Part shown: piece after piece, positions 47,265 to 60,100 of the stretch
Numbering within the stretch: position 1 is the stretch's first letter
Layout of the letters: each line of letters begins with the position of its first letter
Assembly: GCA_965113315.1 (NCBI GenBank)
Contig: OZ220365.1
Length of the DNA stretch: 64,000 nucleotides
Source of the DNA: Podarcis vaucheri
Taxonomy: Eukaryota
Strand: one strand, 5' to 3'
The notes under the pieces: generated by a model
Databases searched by the model: none
What the model was told of the DNA's origin: nothing
Seen by the model: only the letters and a program-made list of their open reading frames with translations
Made by a program: the position numbers and the translations under genes

Positions 47265-48540
47265 GTTTAATGTAAAGTTTTGCACCTAGTTAGGCAAAAT
47301 AAGATGCACAAACATAGAATGGGTGGCACAAAACTTGACAACGGTACAGGATGACCACAAGTGAAACGTGAATGCAGTTCAACAGAATCACAAGAAATAA
47401 CATCCAGATCATAATAAATAATGGTACCAGTCTATTCTGGTTTGGTCAGAACTCTCCTGGAGTACTGTATCAAGATCTGAGCACTGCAGTTAAAAAAAGA
47501 CACTAACAAACTGGAACATGTCGCAAGAAGGGTGAGGGGTCTGAAGATCATGCCCTATGAAGAACAGTTGAAGGAGTTGGGCGTGTTTAGCTTGGAGAAG
47601 AGATACTAGCCATAGTCAAATATTTGAAAGGCTGTCTGCTACATAAATGGCAGAAGAAATTAGTTTTCTCTTGCTCCAGATCGTAGAATGCAAACTAACA
47701 GTTTCACATTGGGAAAATGGAATGACAATGGCATGGATTGCCTTGGTAGGTGATGGGCTCCCTTGCATTGGTTTCTTTTTTAAAAAAAACAAAACAGAGG
47801 TTGCATTGGTTTGTTTTTTTTAAATAGATGGCTGGATGGTCACCTATCAGGGATGCTACAGCAGTGGATTTCCTGCATAGCTGTCAAGTGTCCCTTATTT
47901 GAAGGGACAGTCCCTTATTGCAGTGCCATGTCCCGCTGCTGTCCCTTATTGATGGATGTCCCTTAAATGTCCCTTAAATGATGTCCCTTAAATTTCAAAG
48001 GAAGCAGCTCCTCTCCCTCCCTCCCTGCAGGCCAGGGAGGAGGGAGGCTCCAACTGTGTTGCTTGGCTGTGTTTCTCACCCAATAAGAAGTCTAAGAATG
48101 ACTGGGGGGTGGAGCTTGCATGCCTTGTGTGTGGCTAGTTAATGCAAGCTGAGGGGTTTTTTGAATGCTGGACGCCATTTTGTTGCACGTGCTGCTGCAA
48201 ACTTTGCAGTGCACAGCTAGGCCGGGGAGCCATCTTAAGTTGAGGCTGCATAGGCCTTGTGGTGCATGTGATTCAGATTCTATTCAGTTGAACCTCTGGT
48301 TACAAAGTGTTCTCGAAGCTAACAGCATGAATTTGACCAGACTGCAGGAGGACAGAAAGACTGGAGTGCCTGGAACAGGTGAGGCTGCAGGTCCCTTATT
48401 TTGGCTGCTGGTCCCTTATTTTCAAGGCTGCTGGTCCCTTATTTTCAAATCTGTAAGTTGACAGCTATGATTTCCTGCATTGTCAGAAGGTTGATTATAG
48501 ATGACCTCTGGTGTACCTTCCAAATCTATGATTCTATTTC
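47265..48540 (+). mobile_element. CR1 ORF2 3' remnant interrupted by hAT element
   Basis: ctggagtactgt...aaactggaac...tttagcttggagaagag...; resumes after TSD to atgattctat tail. Confidence 0.8.
47876..48469. mobile_element. Non-autonomous hAT with GTCCCTTA subterminal repeats
   Basis: Perfect 12-bp TIR CATAGCTGTCAA; perfect TSD ATTTCCTG at 47868-47875 and 48470-48477. Confidence 0.93.
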
Positions 48541-51500
48541 CACAAAGCTACCACAGTAGCAAGACATAATGAAGCTGCAGCTTTCTTTGCTAAGAAGTAT
48601 AATCAGGAAAGGAGTTGTGCTAATTCTTCTGGCTCACAGAATTGAGGCTGCCTTGAAGGACTGTAGCATGTCTTCCTGCTATTGCTTCAGATTTGGCAAT
48701 CTCTTGAGACCGGGAAATGACCAATGGTGGATTTCCAAGTGGATTTCACTTTCTTTATGCCATTCAGCCAACACAAATGAAATAGATCTAAACTAAAGAG
48801 TGCAGTTTCTATTTACAGAACTTTCAAAATAACGTAGGCCTTTCAAGTTGAAAAAGGCTTTACGGTGTGAGTAGTTCTTTGCAGGATTTTATTTATCATT
48901 CAACAGAAAAGGTTGAAATAATGACTCATAGCATGCAGATGCTTCAGAAATCTCAAATCTTGTTTTGTTAGGAAGCTAGATCAAAGAAGGCATGCAATTT
49001 AGTCTCCAGCTTGGTATTCAGTTTTCCTTAATACAAATGTAGCCTATTTTAATGAGAATGGAAATGTTTCAGTACAGGATTTTATTGCTGTACGATTTAT
49101 TGCTCTGCTCTACTATTGCATCAATTTGGGATGCAGTGCACGTGCAGTATTTTGTCTATCAGTTGTGTTTGGGAGTGCCTAGAGCAAAGAGTTTTGGCAG
49201 TGTTCACATATGTTTCAATCAAAAGTAAGGATTTTAAATATCTGAAGATGACCATGGACACTTATTCCTGACCTTCATATTGGCGTTACCTCTCTTTTAG
49301 TTCCTATTATTATCATTATCTGTTAGTTTATTCTTCTAAATCTCGCACATTTTAAAGGACCATTCTAGAGTTTTGAAGCATTTTGAGTTGAAAATAAAGA
49401 AGAGACTTCCTTAGAGACAAACTGGAATTTTGTTTGGGGGGTGGGGAGGATGGTTTATAATCCATTTTCTGCATCCATTCCAAATTGTCAAGAGACTTTT
49501 TCTTCTCAAAAATCTCATTAATTGCTATTTTTCACTAGTAAAATGCTGACAGTTTATTGTTGCTGCCAGAAAAAGACAGAATCGGCTTGAATTTTTTGAA
49601 TGATTTTTACATGTAGAGTATATCCTACTTGGTTCATATATAAAGAAGGCATCATACTAAGTGGCATTGCTGGGGCTAGACCACAGAAAACCAAAACGTT
49701 TGTGTAACCCCATGAATATGGAGCTAGATTAGATTGAGTTTGGAACATGCTGTGGTATGTTGATAAGGAAAGGATGGAATCAGTGCACCCATTCATCTAA
49801 AAAAAAATAAAAAATAAAATGCCCATGCAAGTATTTTCTAAGATGTGCAGGGATAATTTGAACTTTGTGTATTAAATTTGATGGTGAGTGATATCTGATT
49901 ATTTCAGTGTACAAGCAGACTTCCATGCAAAGTGGGACTTTGTCTTACTGTTCTCACCCTGGAATCTTTTCTGGAGAACACTCCAAAGCAGATTTTGGGG
50001 AGCTGCAGGAAAGGAGGAGAGGAGGGGAAAGTTCCATTGCACTAGCAGAAATCTGCTATGTTGCAAATAATTTGCCTCTTCAGTTCACGTGACCCATGTT
50101 TCTCCAAATGGTTTTAATAACATGAGCAGTAAGCCAACCAATTCCTCAAGATTTTACGTTGCTGGTGATTCACAAAGCTGCGGATGGTAATCTTTCATGT
50201 GACCACAGTGGTAAATGTGTCATAACTGAAATTTATTAGCTGCCGTCATAAATGTTTGAATTTGGTATCTATCTTTGTTTTAATTTTGGCAAAGCTGCAC
50301 AATTTCACAATACCACAATACTAGAAATATAAGGGAATAAAAATGTGAAATAGCTGTTCAGCAGTTTTCTAACCAAAATCTGACGTATTGAATATTGTTC
50401 AAACCGATGCACCTTATTATATCCAGACATTAAAATACCACTAGTGAACAACAAGGGTTGACCTAGCATGAACTGCATTGGGTATTTTGAGATGGCATGT
50501 GATAGAGATGAGCCTATTTTGCCATGTAATAGCTGAGAGCTATGCAGTTGCTGCTGCTCTCTCAACTTGGGGGAAGGGAGTACAATTGTAGCCAAGCAGA
50601 AACTTAAAACAGCCATCATAATCTCTGGGTTTGTCACAGGAACTGTTTGAATTGAAAAAAATGTGCCCTTTGTGCTCCTCTCATGATGCCAAGAACTATT
50701 GGAGCATTGTAGCTTATGATGTCATGGAATCCCGTTATAGAAAAAGTTATTTGCAAGTCACTGGAATCCATATATTTTTTCTAGATATAGATTTGCAATA
50801 GAAACCATCTGTTCTGAAATTGACCCATTCTGTAATCCCCTTTCATCTTCATGACTTCAGACACATATGTCTGGGATGTTTTTAACAAGACCAAAAGAGT
50901 TCTGAAATCACCAGCAAAATCTTTGCAGTGGACTCTTAACTCCTTATTAAATATTGTCTTTCTTTTTAATTTCAAGTTGTCTGAATAGTTGCCTGGTGGA
51001 TATGCAGTGGAGCTTCATAACAAAGATGCACAAATGGGACAGTAATCTTGCTTTAGTGGCGATTTTGATAAATGATTTTCTCTTTCTGTTACTTTGTGCC
51101 AAGTTATCTATGTGTGTGCTTTAGCAAAAAAAGCCAAAGGTATAGAACTACCAATACATTACAGTTACGTTAATGTTCCATCATTGCATCTGATTAATAG
51201 TTTATGATGTTATTGGCTTGCATACGATTTTGGAATTTTCTCTTTTGATGAAATCTGTCTACTGGAACTGCCTCATGGAATAGACAGTAAATGATAAGGC
51301 AAAGCATCAAGTTAAATCTTGTTAATATAATTTAAGGATTGTTAATTTTTAAAAAACCAACTTGCTTTCTTACAGTGATTTCTATGGCATATAGTAGAAA
51401 GGGTGTGGTGATGGAAAAAACTACTTGTGGCCTAGGCATTTTAGGAAGCTGAGTTCTAGTCTTTCTGACATAAGTAATTCTACTAGGAATAAAAATTCTG

Positions 51501-51559
51501 TAAGCCAGAATACTTCACTAATGAAATGTATGCAGTACTCATTTACCACTGGCCAGTAT

Positions 51560-51798
51560 AAGTTTGAGACATCTATAACACCATAGCTTACCAGGTGCCA
51601 GGCAAAAGTGTCTGTTTATAACCAGGCCTTTGGCTGATTAAACTATCTCTGGCCTTTTAAATGTGTTTGTGGGAGAGGGTTATTGGTTTTCTTGTTGTTC
51701 TTGGTATGTATTTTGAGTCTTCATTTTTTAATACCGTAAACCACCTTGTGATCTTCGGAAGAAGGGTGGCATATAAATTAATTAATTAAATAAATAAT
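51560..51798 (+). mobile_element. L2 3' end
   Basis: gtaaaccaccttgtgatcttcgg...gggtggcatataaattaattaattaaataaataat. Confidence 0.7.
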
Positions 51799-51889
51799 AT
51801 CTGCATGATTGCATTTATTTGCGCATTTCATGCACCGACAATGAGATTGTGTCAAAACAGTACAAGGCTGAAGACATGCAAATTTCCCA

Positions 51890-52312
51890 TGTAGCAAGAT
51901 CTGCTGGGATGAGTGGATCCAGTGGATCTCTGCCTGAGTCAAGAAGTTCCTGGCAGTGGTGGAGCAAGCCGATTGGGTGCCTGGGGCGGTGCGCATGCCC
52001 TGCTCCCAGGGACGGAGCCAGCCTCCCACAGGGCAGGGCGAGCTGGGGCAGGACGCTCCGTGGATCCTCCGAAGAGTCTGCCTGCCTCCTCCCACTCAGC
52101 CGCCCTACAGCTGAGGGGGAGGTGGCGGACGGACTGTTTGGGGCAGCATGGAGCCTGCAGGTGCCCAAGCTACCACATGACTCCCAGGAGAGACGCATGG
52201 CTCAGGCGCGCTGCAGGCCCCGCGGTGAGTGCTGCCAGGCATTTTGTCACACACCCCCAGTGGTGACACCAGGGGTGGACCGCCCCCACCACATCCCCCT
52301 TCCTCCACTCTT
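51890..52312. mobile_element. Degraded GC-rich non-autonomous DNA element
   Basis: Abrupt GC-rich island ending in gtcacacacccc...ggtgacaccagggg motifs; ends and TSD not resolved. Confidence 0.45.
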
Positions 52313-52961
52313 GGTTCCTGGTTCAGTCAGGCTATGCTGTCATATCTTCCCCATTCTGTCCCGGTGTGACCCAGCTGGCTGAGCTAACCCTGGGCATTTT
52401 AAACTGCTCTAAGTCCTGAAGAAGGAGCATTATGGAGGGGAGGGCAGAACAGAAGGGAGTTCTGAGAAGTGCTGCAGAGACATTTTTTTGTGGGCTAAAG
52501 TAAGCATTAACAGAAGGGAGTGGGACTTAGACTGAATCTATGCCTGCTAGCATATACAGTTTTAGAAGGGAATTAGGCAAATTCATGAAAGACAGGTTTT
52601 ATCAAGAGAGAGGTATTAAACATGATAGATAAACAGACTCCTCACCACCATATACAAAGACAGTGTGGACTGAATTCTAGGTGCTGGGGATGAGAGCATT
52701 GGGGGGAGTTATTGCATTCATGCCCGTCTTCTCTCTTGGGAACCTCTAACTAGTCACTGTGGGAAAGCTAGACTTGATGGAACCTGGGTCTGATCCAACA
52801 GATTTCTGTGTTCATAATGTGTTTGAATGCGTCTTCTTGACCTGTGTTTTTAACTTAGTCACATTTATATTTTATATATGGTCAGGAGATATCTCTCCCC
52901 CTTTCTTTGTAAGCATTTCAGTTGGCTGCAGCTGAGTTTTATTAAATTCTTTGTCTCACAG

Positions 52962-53168
52962 ACTCCAATGAATCAAGCCTCCACTCGTTCACATTGTATT
53001 TTCACCATTCACATCTCAAGCAAAGAACCAGGTTCTGCAACCATTCGACGCTCCAAACTACATTTAGTGGATCTGGCTGGTTCAGAGCGTGTTGCAAAGA
53101 CTGGAGTTGGAGGCCAGTTGCTGACAGAAGCCAAATATATCAATCTGTCATTACATTACTTGGAACAG
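52962..53168 (+). CDS. KIF6: KIF6 exon 7, switch I/II ([17 protein letters not shown]...[16 protein letters not shown]...[11 protein letters not shown])
   Basis: Acceptor ctcacag|, donor CAG|gtatgg, 207 nt. Confidence 0.97.
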
Positions 53169-53571
53169 GTATGGCTGACGTCAGTTCTTCATTTTGCTAT
53201 TAGTTTGTTGTAGTAGTTTGCTTTTAGAATGTTCATGTTCCATTTCACTTGGCATTATGGCTAATCATTTGATTCAGAGAAGGAGTATAATGTCTCCCAG
53301 CGTAGTTTATTTGAGGTAATAGCATGGAGAACACAATTTTCCTTATGCCATTTTACTGCACTGTACCTTTTAATAGAACTTCCTTCTTAAACACAATTTC
53401 AATGGCAGCTGTTGAAATGCAGTATGTAGTAATGTTTTGTGTTCCGTGACCAAAGAAAGGCAGGTGTATTTCATGGAAAGCCTAACAAAGCCATTGTGGA
53501 TTTTATCCCAGCTATTGAATTATACAACCAATATATACACTTTTCTGCCTTAGCATTTCACGTGTTTACTA

Positions 53572-53811
53572 CAGTGGTACCTTGGTTTAAGAACAGCTTA
53601 GTTTATGAACAACTTGGATTAAGAACACTGCAAACCCGGAAGTAGGTGTTTTGGTTTGTGAACTTTGCCTTGGAAGCAGAACATGTTGAGTGTGTTCCAT
53701 TTGTCAATTGAGTCTCCCACTGCTATGGGAAAGCATGCCTTGGTTTAAGAACACCTTGGTTTAAGAACAGACTTCCAGAACGGATTAAGTTTGTAAACCA
53801 AGGTACCACTG
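53572..53811. mobile_element. Tigger/pogo-type MITE
   Basis: TA-CAGTGGTACCTTGGTTTA...TAAACCAAGGTACCACTG-TA. Confidence 0.92.
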
Positions 53812-55793
53812 TACTAATCCTTCCCTATTATGATACTCTACACTTTTTCTTTGGTCTTCAACTCTAGGATCTCTACCTAGAAGCACATGAGTGTTGTATT
53901 AATAACCTGTGGATAAATTATTACTACTGTGACTTTATTGCTACTGTATTAAAATAATTTCAAAAACATTATCCATTAGCCCTAGTGTTCTGCTAAAAGA
54001 GAAAAGCATCACACCTGCCAGACTACAGTTTTTTGTTTTTTTACAGATTTCACTATGGAGTATTGTTTCATAGCCCTGTGAATACTAATAGCAATGGAAG
54101 GCTTTTGTTGATTTTGGAGTGCTCATAAACACAGTGTTCTCTCCCTGAAAGTTTCTTTAACATATTTGTAAGCAACAGAAACTGAGTATATGTCAGACAT
54201 TCAAGGAGAAAAGTTGTCAGAACTGAAAGAATTGGACAATGTGTTTGTTTAACTGTGTGCCTAACACCTTTCCCCCCTTCAGCATATGGGAATTTAAAGT
54301 AGAACATTTAGATTTACTATAACTATAACTGAGAAATCTTTGCAAAAAGTTTACTTTGCCTTCTGTAGCCAAATTGTTGCTTTTGGGCTAACCACATGTT
54401 GAATAAACATCCCCAAGCCTAATGATTCTACCAGCATATCTCATTTTTAGACAGCTGCAACATAAGTGTAGTGTCTGGAGTGTGTGATGGACCGAGGTGA
54501 AGGCAAAGAAACTGAAGATCAAACCAGATAAAAAACTGATGTTGATGGTTGCAGTTTATAGCGCATTTTAAGTACCTCCTTTGATTGATGAGTTAAGATT
54601 TGGCACTTAACAGTGACTTGAAGATAAATGCTATAACCTGCTTAAAACTGAACTTTGAAATCACTAAGTGTAAACTTGAAACAGCATATTTTGTGCTTAT
54701 TGAATATTAAAAGTGCTCTTAATTTTGATTTACAATACACCTCTTACTTAAATACTGCTTTGCAGTGGAAAACAAGGGACTCCCTGCTTTTTCTTGGACA
54801 GTTTCTTGGTGGATCATAACTACAGTCTGCGTCTGTTATCCAGCAATGAGGTGACAATGTCATGTGCAAATCCAAGTGTTTTCTACAATTCCATGTGCTC
54901 AAGCATCTTCAGTAGCATTAGATAAAAGGGTCTTAATGCCAGATGTCCGCCAGTTTCTATGTAGTCCTCTCTACTAACCTTTGTCAAACATTATACAGTG
55001 CATGTTGTGGGGAAAGGATCTGATATGAGCAAGGCAGTAGTGCAAAGTATTTCCCAGTCCTGGAGATTCTACTGTTGGGTAACAGCACCATGTCCTTTCT
55101 GTAGGACTACACAGAGGCCACAAAGGAAAAAAATAAAATCAGAAATCGGTTCATGCACCATTCAGAGGGAACTCATCCCGCTCATTCACTGAGGCAATTG
55201 AAACAAAAAATGTTGGCCGAAGCAAGGGAGAAATGGGCAATGCTTCAAAGCTCTAGCAGTTCCGTGATCTAGCCAAGGGATAGCCAGTATGGTGCCCCCC
55301 AGATATTGTTGGACTTCATCTTCCATTAGCCCCAGCAAGTGTGACCAATGGCCAGGAATTATTGGACTAGAAAGCCAGCAACATATGGAAGGCACCACAC
55401 TGGCAGCTCCTTGTCGATCCTGTGCCATTTCTGTGACTTTACAAAGAGTCACTGCAGGAAAGTTCAAGGTTTTTCTTTGGCTGGTATACTAATGCTATTG
55501 TTTAAGTGATCTGTAGGCCTGGGCTGCTCCTTTGGTGTCAAAATGCAGGGTAAAAAAAAACTAATAAATTAATAGTGTCACAGATGGTACCACTGTAATA
55601 GTGTCTATGCTGATCCACTACTGGAGTGAGTCTTGATGAGCCAAAGTGTCTGACATTTGCTAATGTATGCCACTGTTATAGTCGGTAAAATTCTCAGTTT
55701 TAAAGTAAGCGTTTCCAGTATTAGAGTGACTTGTCCAAATATTCAAGAGCAAATCCAGAGTTTTAAGAGTTTCCATTTCTGTTCTTATTGCAG

Positions 55794-55937
55794 GTAATCA
55801 TTGCTCTGTCGGAGAAGAATAGGTCTCATATTCCCTACAGGAATTCTATGATGACCTCGGTGCTAAGAGACAGCCTAGGAGGAAACTGTATGACCACAAT
55901 GATTGCGACACTCTCAATAGACAAAAGGAACATAGAT
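55794..55937 (+). CDS. KIF6: KIF6 exon 8 ([48 protein letters not shown])
   Basis: Acceptor attgcag|, donor GAT|gtatgt, 144 nt; HIPYR and LRDSLGGN motifs. Confidence 0.97.
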
Positions 55938-56164
55938 GTATGTCCTCTCAGTTTTTATTATAATTTACTGTCCAAGAGTTAGTATGTTAAATTTATCCAT
56001 TTAATTTCATTCAGATATCTTTTATAAGCTGACAGATTTAATTCTACCCTAAACCCTAGTTGGCGAAGTGATGTGACACTGCCAGAGTAGTTGGTAAACC
56101 CTATATTTTGAACCCTATATTAAGCTGGTTCTCATGCAACACTAAGCCATACAACGGCTTAGGG

Positions 56165-56370
56165 CAGGGGTAGGCAACCTAAGGCCCATGGGCCACAAGC
56201 AGCCCACGGGGGTCATTTAACCGGCCCACAAGCCACCCCCGAACCAAGCTGCCTGCTTGGCGAGTCCCCACGCACTGCGCTAAACTGGCGCAGTGTGGCG
56301 CGGGGACTCACTTCCGTGGCACCGGAAATTGCGTCTGTGCAGACGCAGATGCTGAAAATCACTTGTATTG
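56165..56370. mobile_element. hAT (Charlie-like) left end, truncated
   Basis: CAGGGGTAGGCAACCT plus GGCCC repeats; no matching right end seen. Confidence 0.7.
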
Positions 56371-56514
56371 GTGTCTTCTGCTGCATTTTGCCAAATATGT
56401 TTGACACTATTTAGTTCCATCTTCAGTTTCGATTTCAGAGACTGGAGAACTTCAAGTGTTTATTTTGCTGCTATTCTGTGAACATTGAATTTGAAGACTG
56501 TTGTCTGTTTTAAA

Positions 56515-56650
56515 CAGGTGTCCTCAAACTCAGCTCTCCAGATGTTTTGAGACTACAATTCCCATCATTCCTGATGACTGGTCCTGCTAGCTAGGGATCA
56601 AGGGAATTGAAGGCCAAAAACATCTGGAGGGCCGAGTTTGAGGAAGCCTG
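56515..56650. mobile_element. Hairpin hAT MITE
   Basis: CAGGTGTCCTCAAACTC/GAGTTTGAGGAAGCCTG; perfect TSD GTTTTAAA. Confidence 0.92.
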
Positions 56651-56739
56651 GTTTTAAAGATTGCTGATTTAGTTTATTAATTATATAGCACACTTACTTG
56701 TCCATAATTGCATGTTAAGAAGATTTTTTTTACATTTAG

Positions 56740-56826
56740 GAATCAATATCGACTTGTAGATTTGCTCAGCGAGTTGCCCTTATTAAGAATGAAGCCATTC
56801 TAAATGAAGAAATTGACCCCAGACTG
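56740..56826 (+). CDS. KIF6: KIF6 exon 9 (ESISTCRFAQRVALIKNEAILNEEIDPRL)
   Basis: Acceptor catttag|, donor CTG|gtaagg, 87 nt; end of motor domain and neck. Confidence 0.96.
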
Positions 56827-57044
56827 GTAAGGAATTTTGGTTGTTATTTATACCTAGCATTTTTCAGGAATTCAAATTAATTTAAGAAATCAGTGCGGTT
56901 TTGAAAGGTTCAGTCTGTCATCCACTTCATGTTTGACAAAATAAAAGCATGAAAAATTATACAAGATGAGAGAGGATTCCCAACAAAGTTCTTAATCATA
57001 ACTTTAAATTCAGCCAATAAGTGGCACCTGTTTCATTGTTGCAG

Positions 57045-57148
57045 ATAATAGCACGACTAAAGAAGGAAGTTCAGGACCTAAGAAATGAACTGGCCATGGT
57101 GACTGGGGAACAAAGGCAAGAAGAACTGACAGAGGAAGAGCTACAACA
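57045..57148 (+). CDS. KIF6: KIF6 exon 10, coiled coil (IIARLKKEVQDLRNELAMVTGEQRQEELTEEELQQ)
   Basis: Acceptor gttgcag|, donor CA|gtaata, 104 nt. Confidence 0.94.
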
Positions 57149-60100
57149 GTAATATTTTGGTCTTGCTTCTTTTTTCTCCTCTTACTTTGAAATGTTTTAG
57201 TAAGTGGAATAGTAAGAATCAGTTCAATTCTTAGCACATTGATTTTAAATGCTAATATATGCCACAGATTTCCATAGACCTAATTTCCAAGTAATACATT
57301 TCAAATTAGGGTTATAAACAACAGAAAGTGTCAGATTAGATTGCTTGTCATGGAAAGCAGTTATGGGAATGTGAAGATTGGGGGTGTTGTGCTGCTTATG
57401 GCGAATCGTTAGGGGGAACCCTAAAGTAAACTCACCTGAGAGCCTCCATGGCACACATCTGGAATTCTGGGTGGTTGCAGGTTTGATATCTAGTTGCCAG
57501 GGGAAGGAGAACTAGTGGATGCCCAGCATGCACATCTCTTGGACTGGTGGGAAGAGGAGCAAGCAAAGGGGATGAGATAAGGATGATCTTGCAAGGTACA
57601 CAGCTGTACTCCTTTCTCTGCGAGGAGGAAGGAAAGGGCTGAATAATTGTAACTGTGAATTCCTGCAATTTAGTTCTTCCGTGGGTGGTGGCGTGAGATT
57701 TCTGTTGGGGTTTAGGAGTAATTTAGTATTGTAATGCTCAAATCTTAACAATTGTTCAAGAAATGCTCTTTGTATTGAGAAGTGCTACAGAGCTAATTTC
57801 TTGTGGCCCAAAGTCAGCTTGAATGTATAAATTATGCTATGCCCAGATGTTTAGTATTGTGGTTCTACTTTATATAAGCAGAATGTGCTTGGCTGTGTTT
57901 GTGAAACACGTGAATTAGTAGACCTAAAACTGTAGATCCAAGATAGCAGGCTGCAAAGCTTTTCTTAAGCAAGCGAACAGCTGACTTAGTCCTCATAGGG
58001 GAATCAGGAGGGCTTTTGTTAGGGTCCTGGATCTCCTGTCCCTCCTCTCTTTTTAAAGCATAACTTTTTAAATCAACTCTGTGCTTAAAGGGTGGCTGAG
58101 CACATTGCAAATCATAGTGTCAATGAGACCCACAGCCACCACCCCTCATCTTAATTTGCCCAGATAATGGCTGATATCATGACCCAGGGCTCTGAGTCCC
58201 TATCTCTGAGGGAAGTTGCTGGGGATTCAGAGGACAACTTGGACTAGGAGGAAGATTTGCCCCCTGAACCAGTCTTTGCTGTCATTGCTTCCTCAGAGGT
58301 CTCAGCACCGAAAGGCCCCTTGATACCAATACCTCTCCATCCTGAAGAGGCCATATTGCCTTCTTCAGACTCTGAGGACTCCAGCTCAGAAATCATGGTG
58401 GAAGCCCAGCCTCCATCAAACTGCTGGAGTCAGTAGCTTCTACAATAGGCTGGGCCATTTAAGAATAAGGCACTTCACTAATCATGGGTGGGATTAGCTC
58501 CTCAGAGGAAGCTGTAGTCCTATTTGAGACTCAGTGTGGGTTTGCTGGTTGTTGGAGCAGTATTCACGTCTACTTTGTATGACTTCCAGCCTAGGCACTC
58601 TTTGGAGCTATCCAGAGTGCTACCCACCTTGCCTGTTTTCCTTTAGATCATAACTTCTGCTTTGCACTTATTGGAACCTACTCTCTGCTTTGTCTGACCA
58701 TGCCTTGATGGCACTTGACTTTTCTTGATCTGACTTTGCTTCCTGGATTCTTAACTGATACTAGCATAAGGTTATATGGTGTCTCTGGACTCTGTGCTTA
58801 GCACACATACACCACTAGAACCTTGTTGCTGGCCAGAACCACTGCCTATGCTAGAACAGCTGGATAGGGTAGTGAAGGGGTGGTGGGGAGAGAGGTGGGG
58901 GGGGAGGAGGAGTGTCATGTTGTACAGGACTTGCTTCAGTTGCAATCCATACATATGATGCAGTTCTTGCCAACTGTCTGGGGGGGGGGTGGAGTGGAGG
59001 ACTCAATCCACTTACAGTGCACTGGGTCCAGAAAATCCTGTTAGCATGCCATACACGCATGAGCCATTCTTTGTTTTCTCCCCTCTGAAAAGCAGTCTAA
59101 ATTTGCATCTATATATAAAAATAGGAGTATAAAAGTTTCAGGCAAATTTGTTTCATGCGCTTAAAGTCATCTGGATCACTCAGTATGTGTTCCAGCACTT
59201 CAGATACCAGCCACCACACAAGTGGATCCAAAGAGGCCATGTTATACATTACCCATTTGGGACTGAGGGAAACATGGTTGGCCTTGATATACTTATATCA
59301 GATTCCAGATCCCTCTGAAGAAATATCAGGATAAAACACATTGTCTGTGTGTGATCCCACAACCTTCTCCTAACTGCTGAATTATGGTTAAGGAATTCAG
59401 AGCATTATATCTGCACAGGGCCGATGAACACTACACTGTCTTTTATTAAAACCTCCAGGAAATAAGATTTCATAATGTTTCTGGACAATCTCTTCCACTG
59501 ACCAGCAGTTAGGAAAAATTTCTTAATGCTTCATTCCTTTTCGTCATCCTTTTAGGTATTTGTAGCTCTGTATTTGTACCCTTAGGGCATTATCATGTAG
59601 GAGTCATAAAGGAACTGTTGTTTCAGTTGAGTTTGTGATGTGAATATAAAGTCTACATTGGCAAGAATGCTTATTTGCATTACGAATGCCTCTTTCATTC
59701 CTCCTAGGAACATAGGAAGCTACCTTGAACAATGGGTTCAAATGATTCACTTTTTTGGCATTGACTGGCAGTGGTTCTCCTCTGATGTACAAACAACAGA
59801 TGCTATCATAAACTGTGTGAGAGAGGTTCAAAGGCAATCTAAATCTGATGTATGAGAAAGCCCCTTATCTTTCTCAATTGTTCATAGTTTCTATGCCAGT
59901 TTTATATTATTGGTCTCCTCTGAATTATTCTAACTTACTGTTATCCTGATTATTATGTGGTGATCTAAGCTGGACATGGTATGTTAGCAGGTGTAACCTG
60001 TGGTAAATAGAGCAGCAGAATTATTTCCTTGGTGCTGCATACACTGGTGTTATTCATGCAAACGTCATTTGCCTAAATTGCAACTGTATCACATTTTTGA

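Larger units (their letters stand above)
20595..57148 (+). other. KIF6: KIF6 kinesin family member 6 (kinesin-9), coding exons 1-10; gene continues beyond window
   Basis: Ten GT-AG exons (66,110,75,148,110,130,207,144,87,104 nt) join in frame. The protein starts MVKQTIQIYARVKP and has P-loop GQTGSGKT, switch I NQASTRSH, switch II DLAGSE and HIPYRNS, closely matching vertebrate KIF6 as I recall it. Confidence 0.97.

Noticed and set aside
47885-47995. Short direct repeats with variable spacers (GTCCCTTA; also AAGACG at 31255-31360) that look vaguely CRISPR-like
   Set aside because: Units are 6-10 bp, irregularly spaced and lie at transposon subtermini in a vertebrate genome; no cas genes.
51819-52382. 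187-aa ORF and overlapping ORFs
   Set aside because: GC-rich repeat interior with low-complexity translation and no family resemblance.
58176-58770. Possible additional old solo LTR
   Set aside because: Only a degenerate TATCATGA start and LTR-like composition; no matching end or TSD found.
58860-59000. G-run cluster with G-quadruplex potential
   Set aside because: Such runs are common in these repeats and nothing links this one to function.
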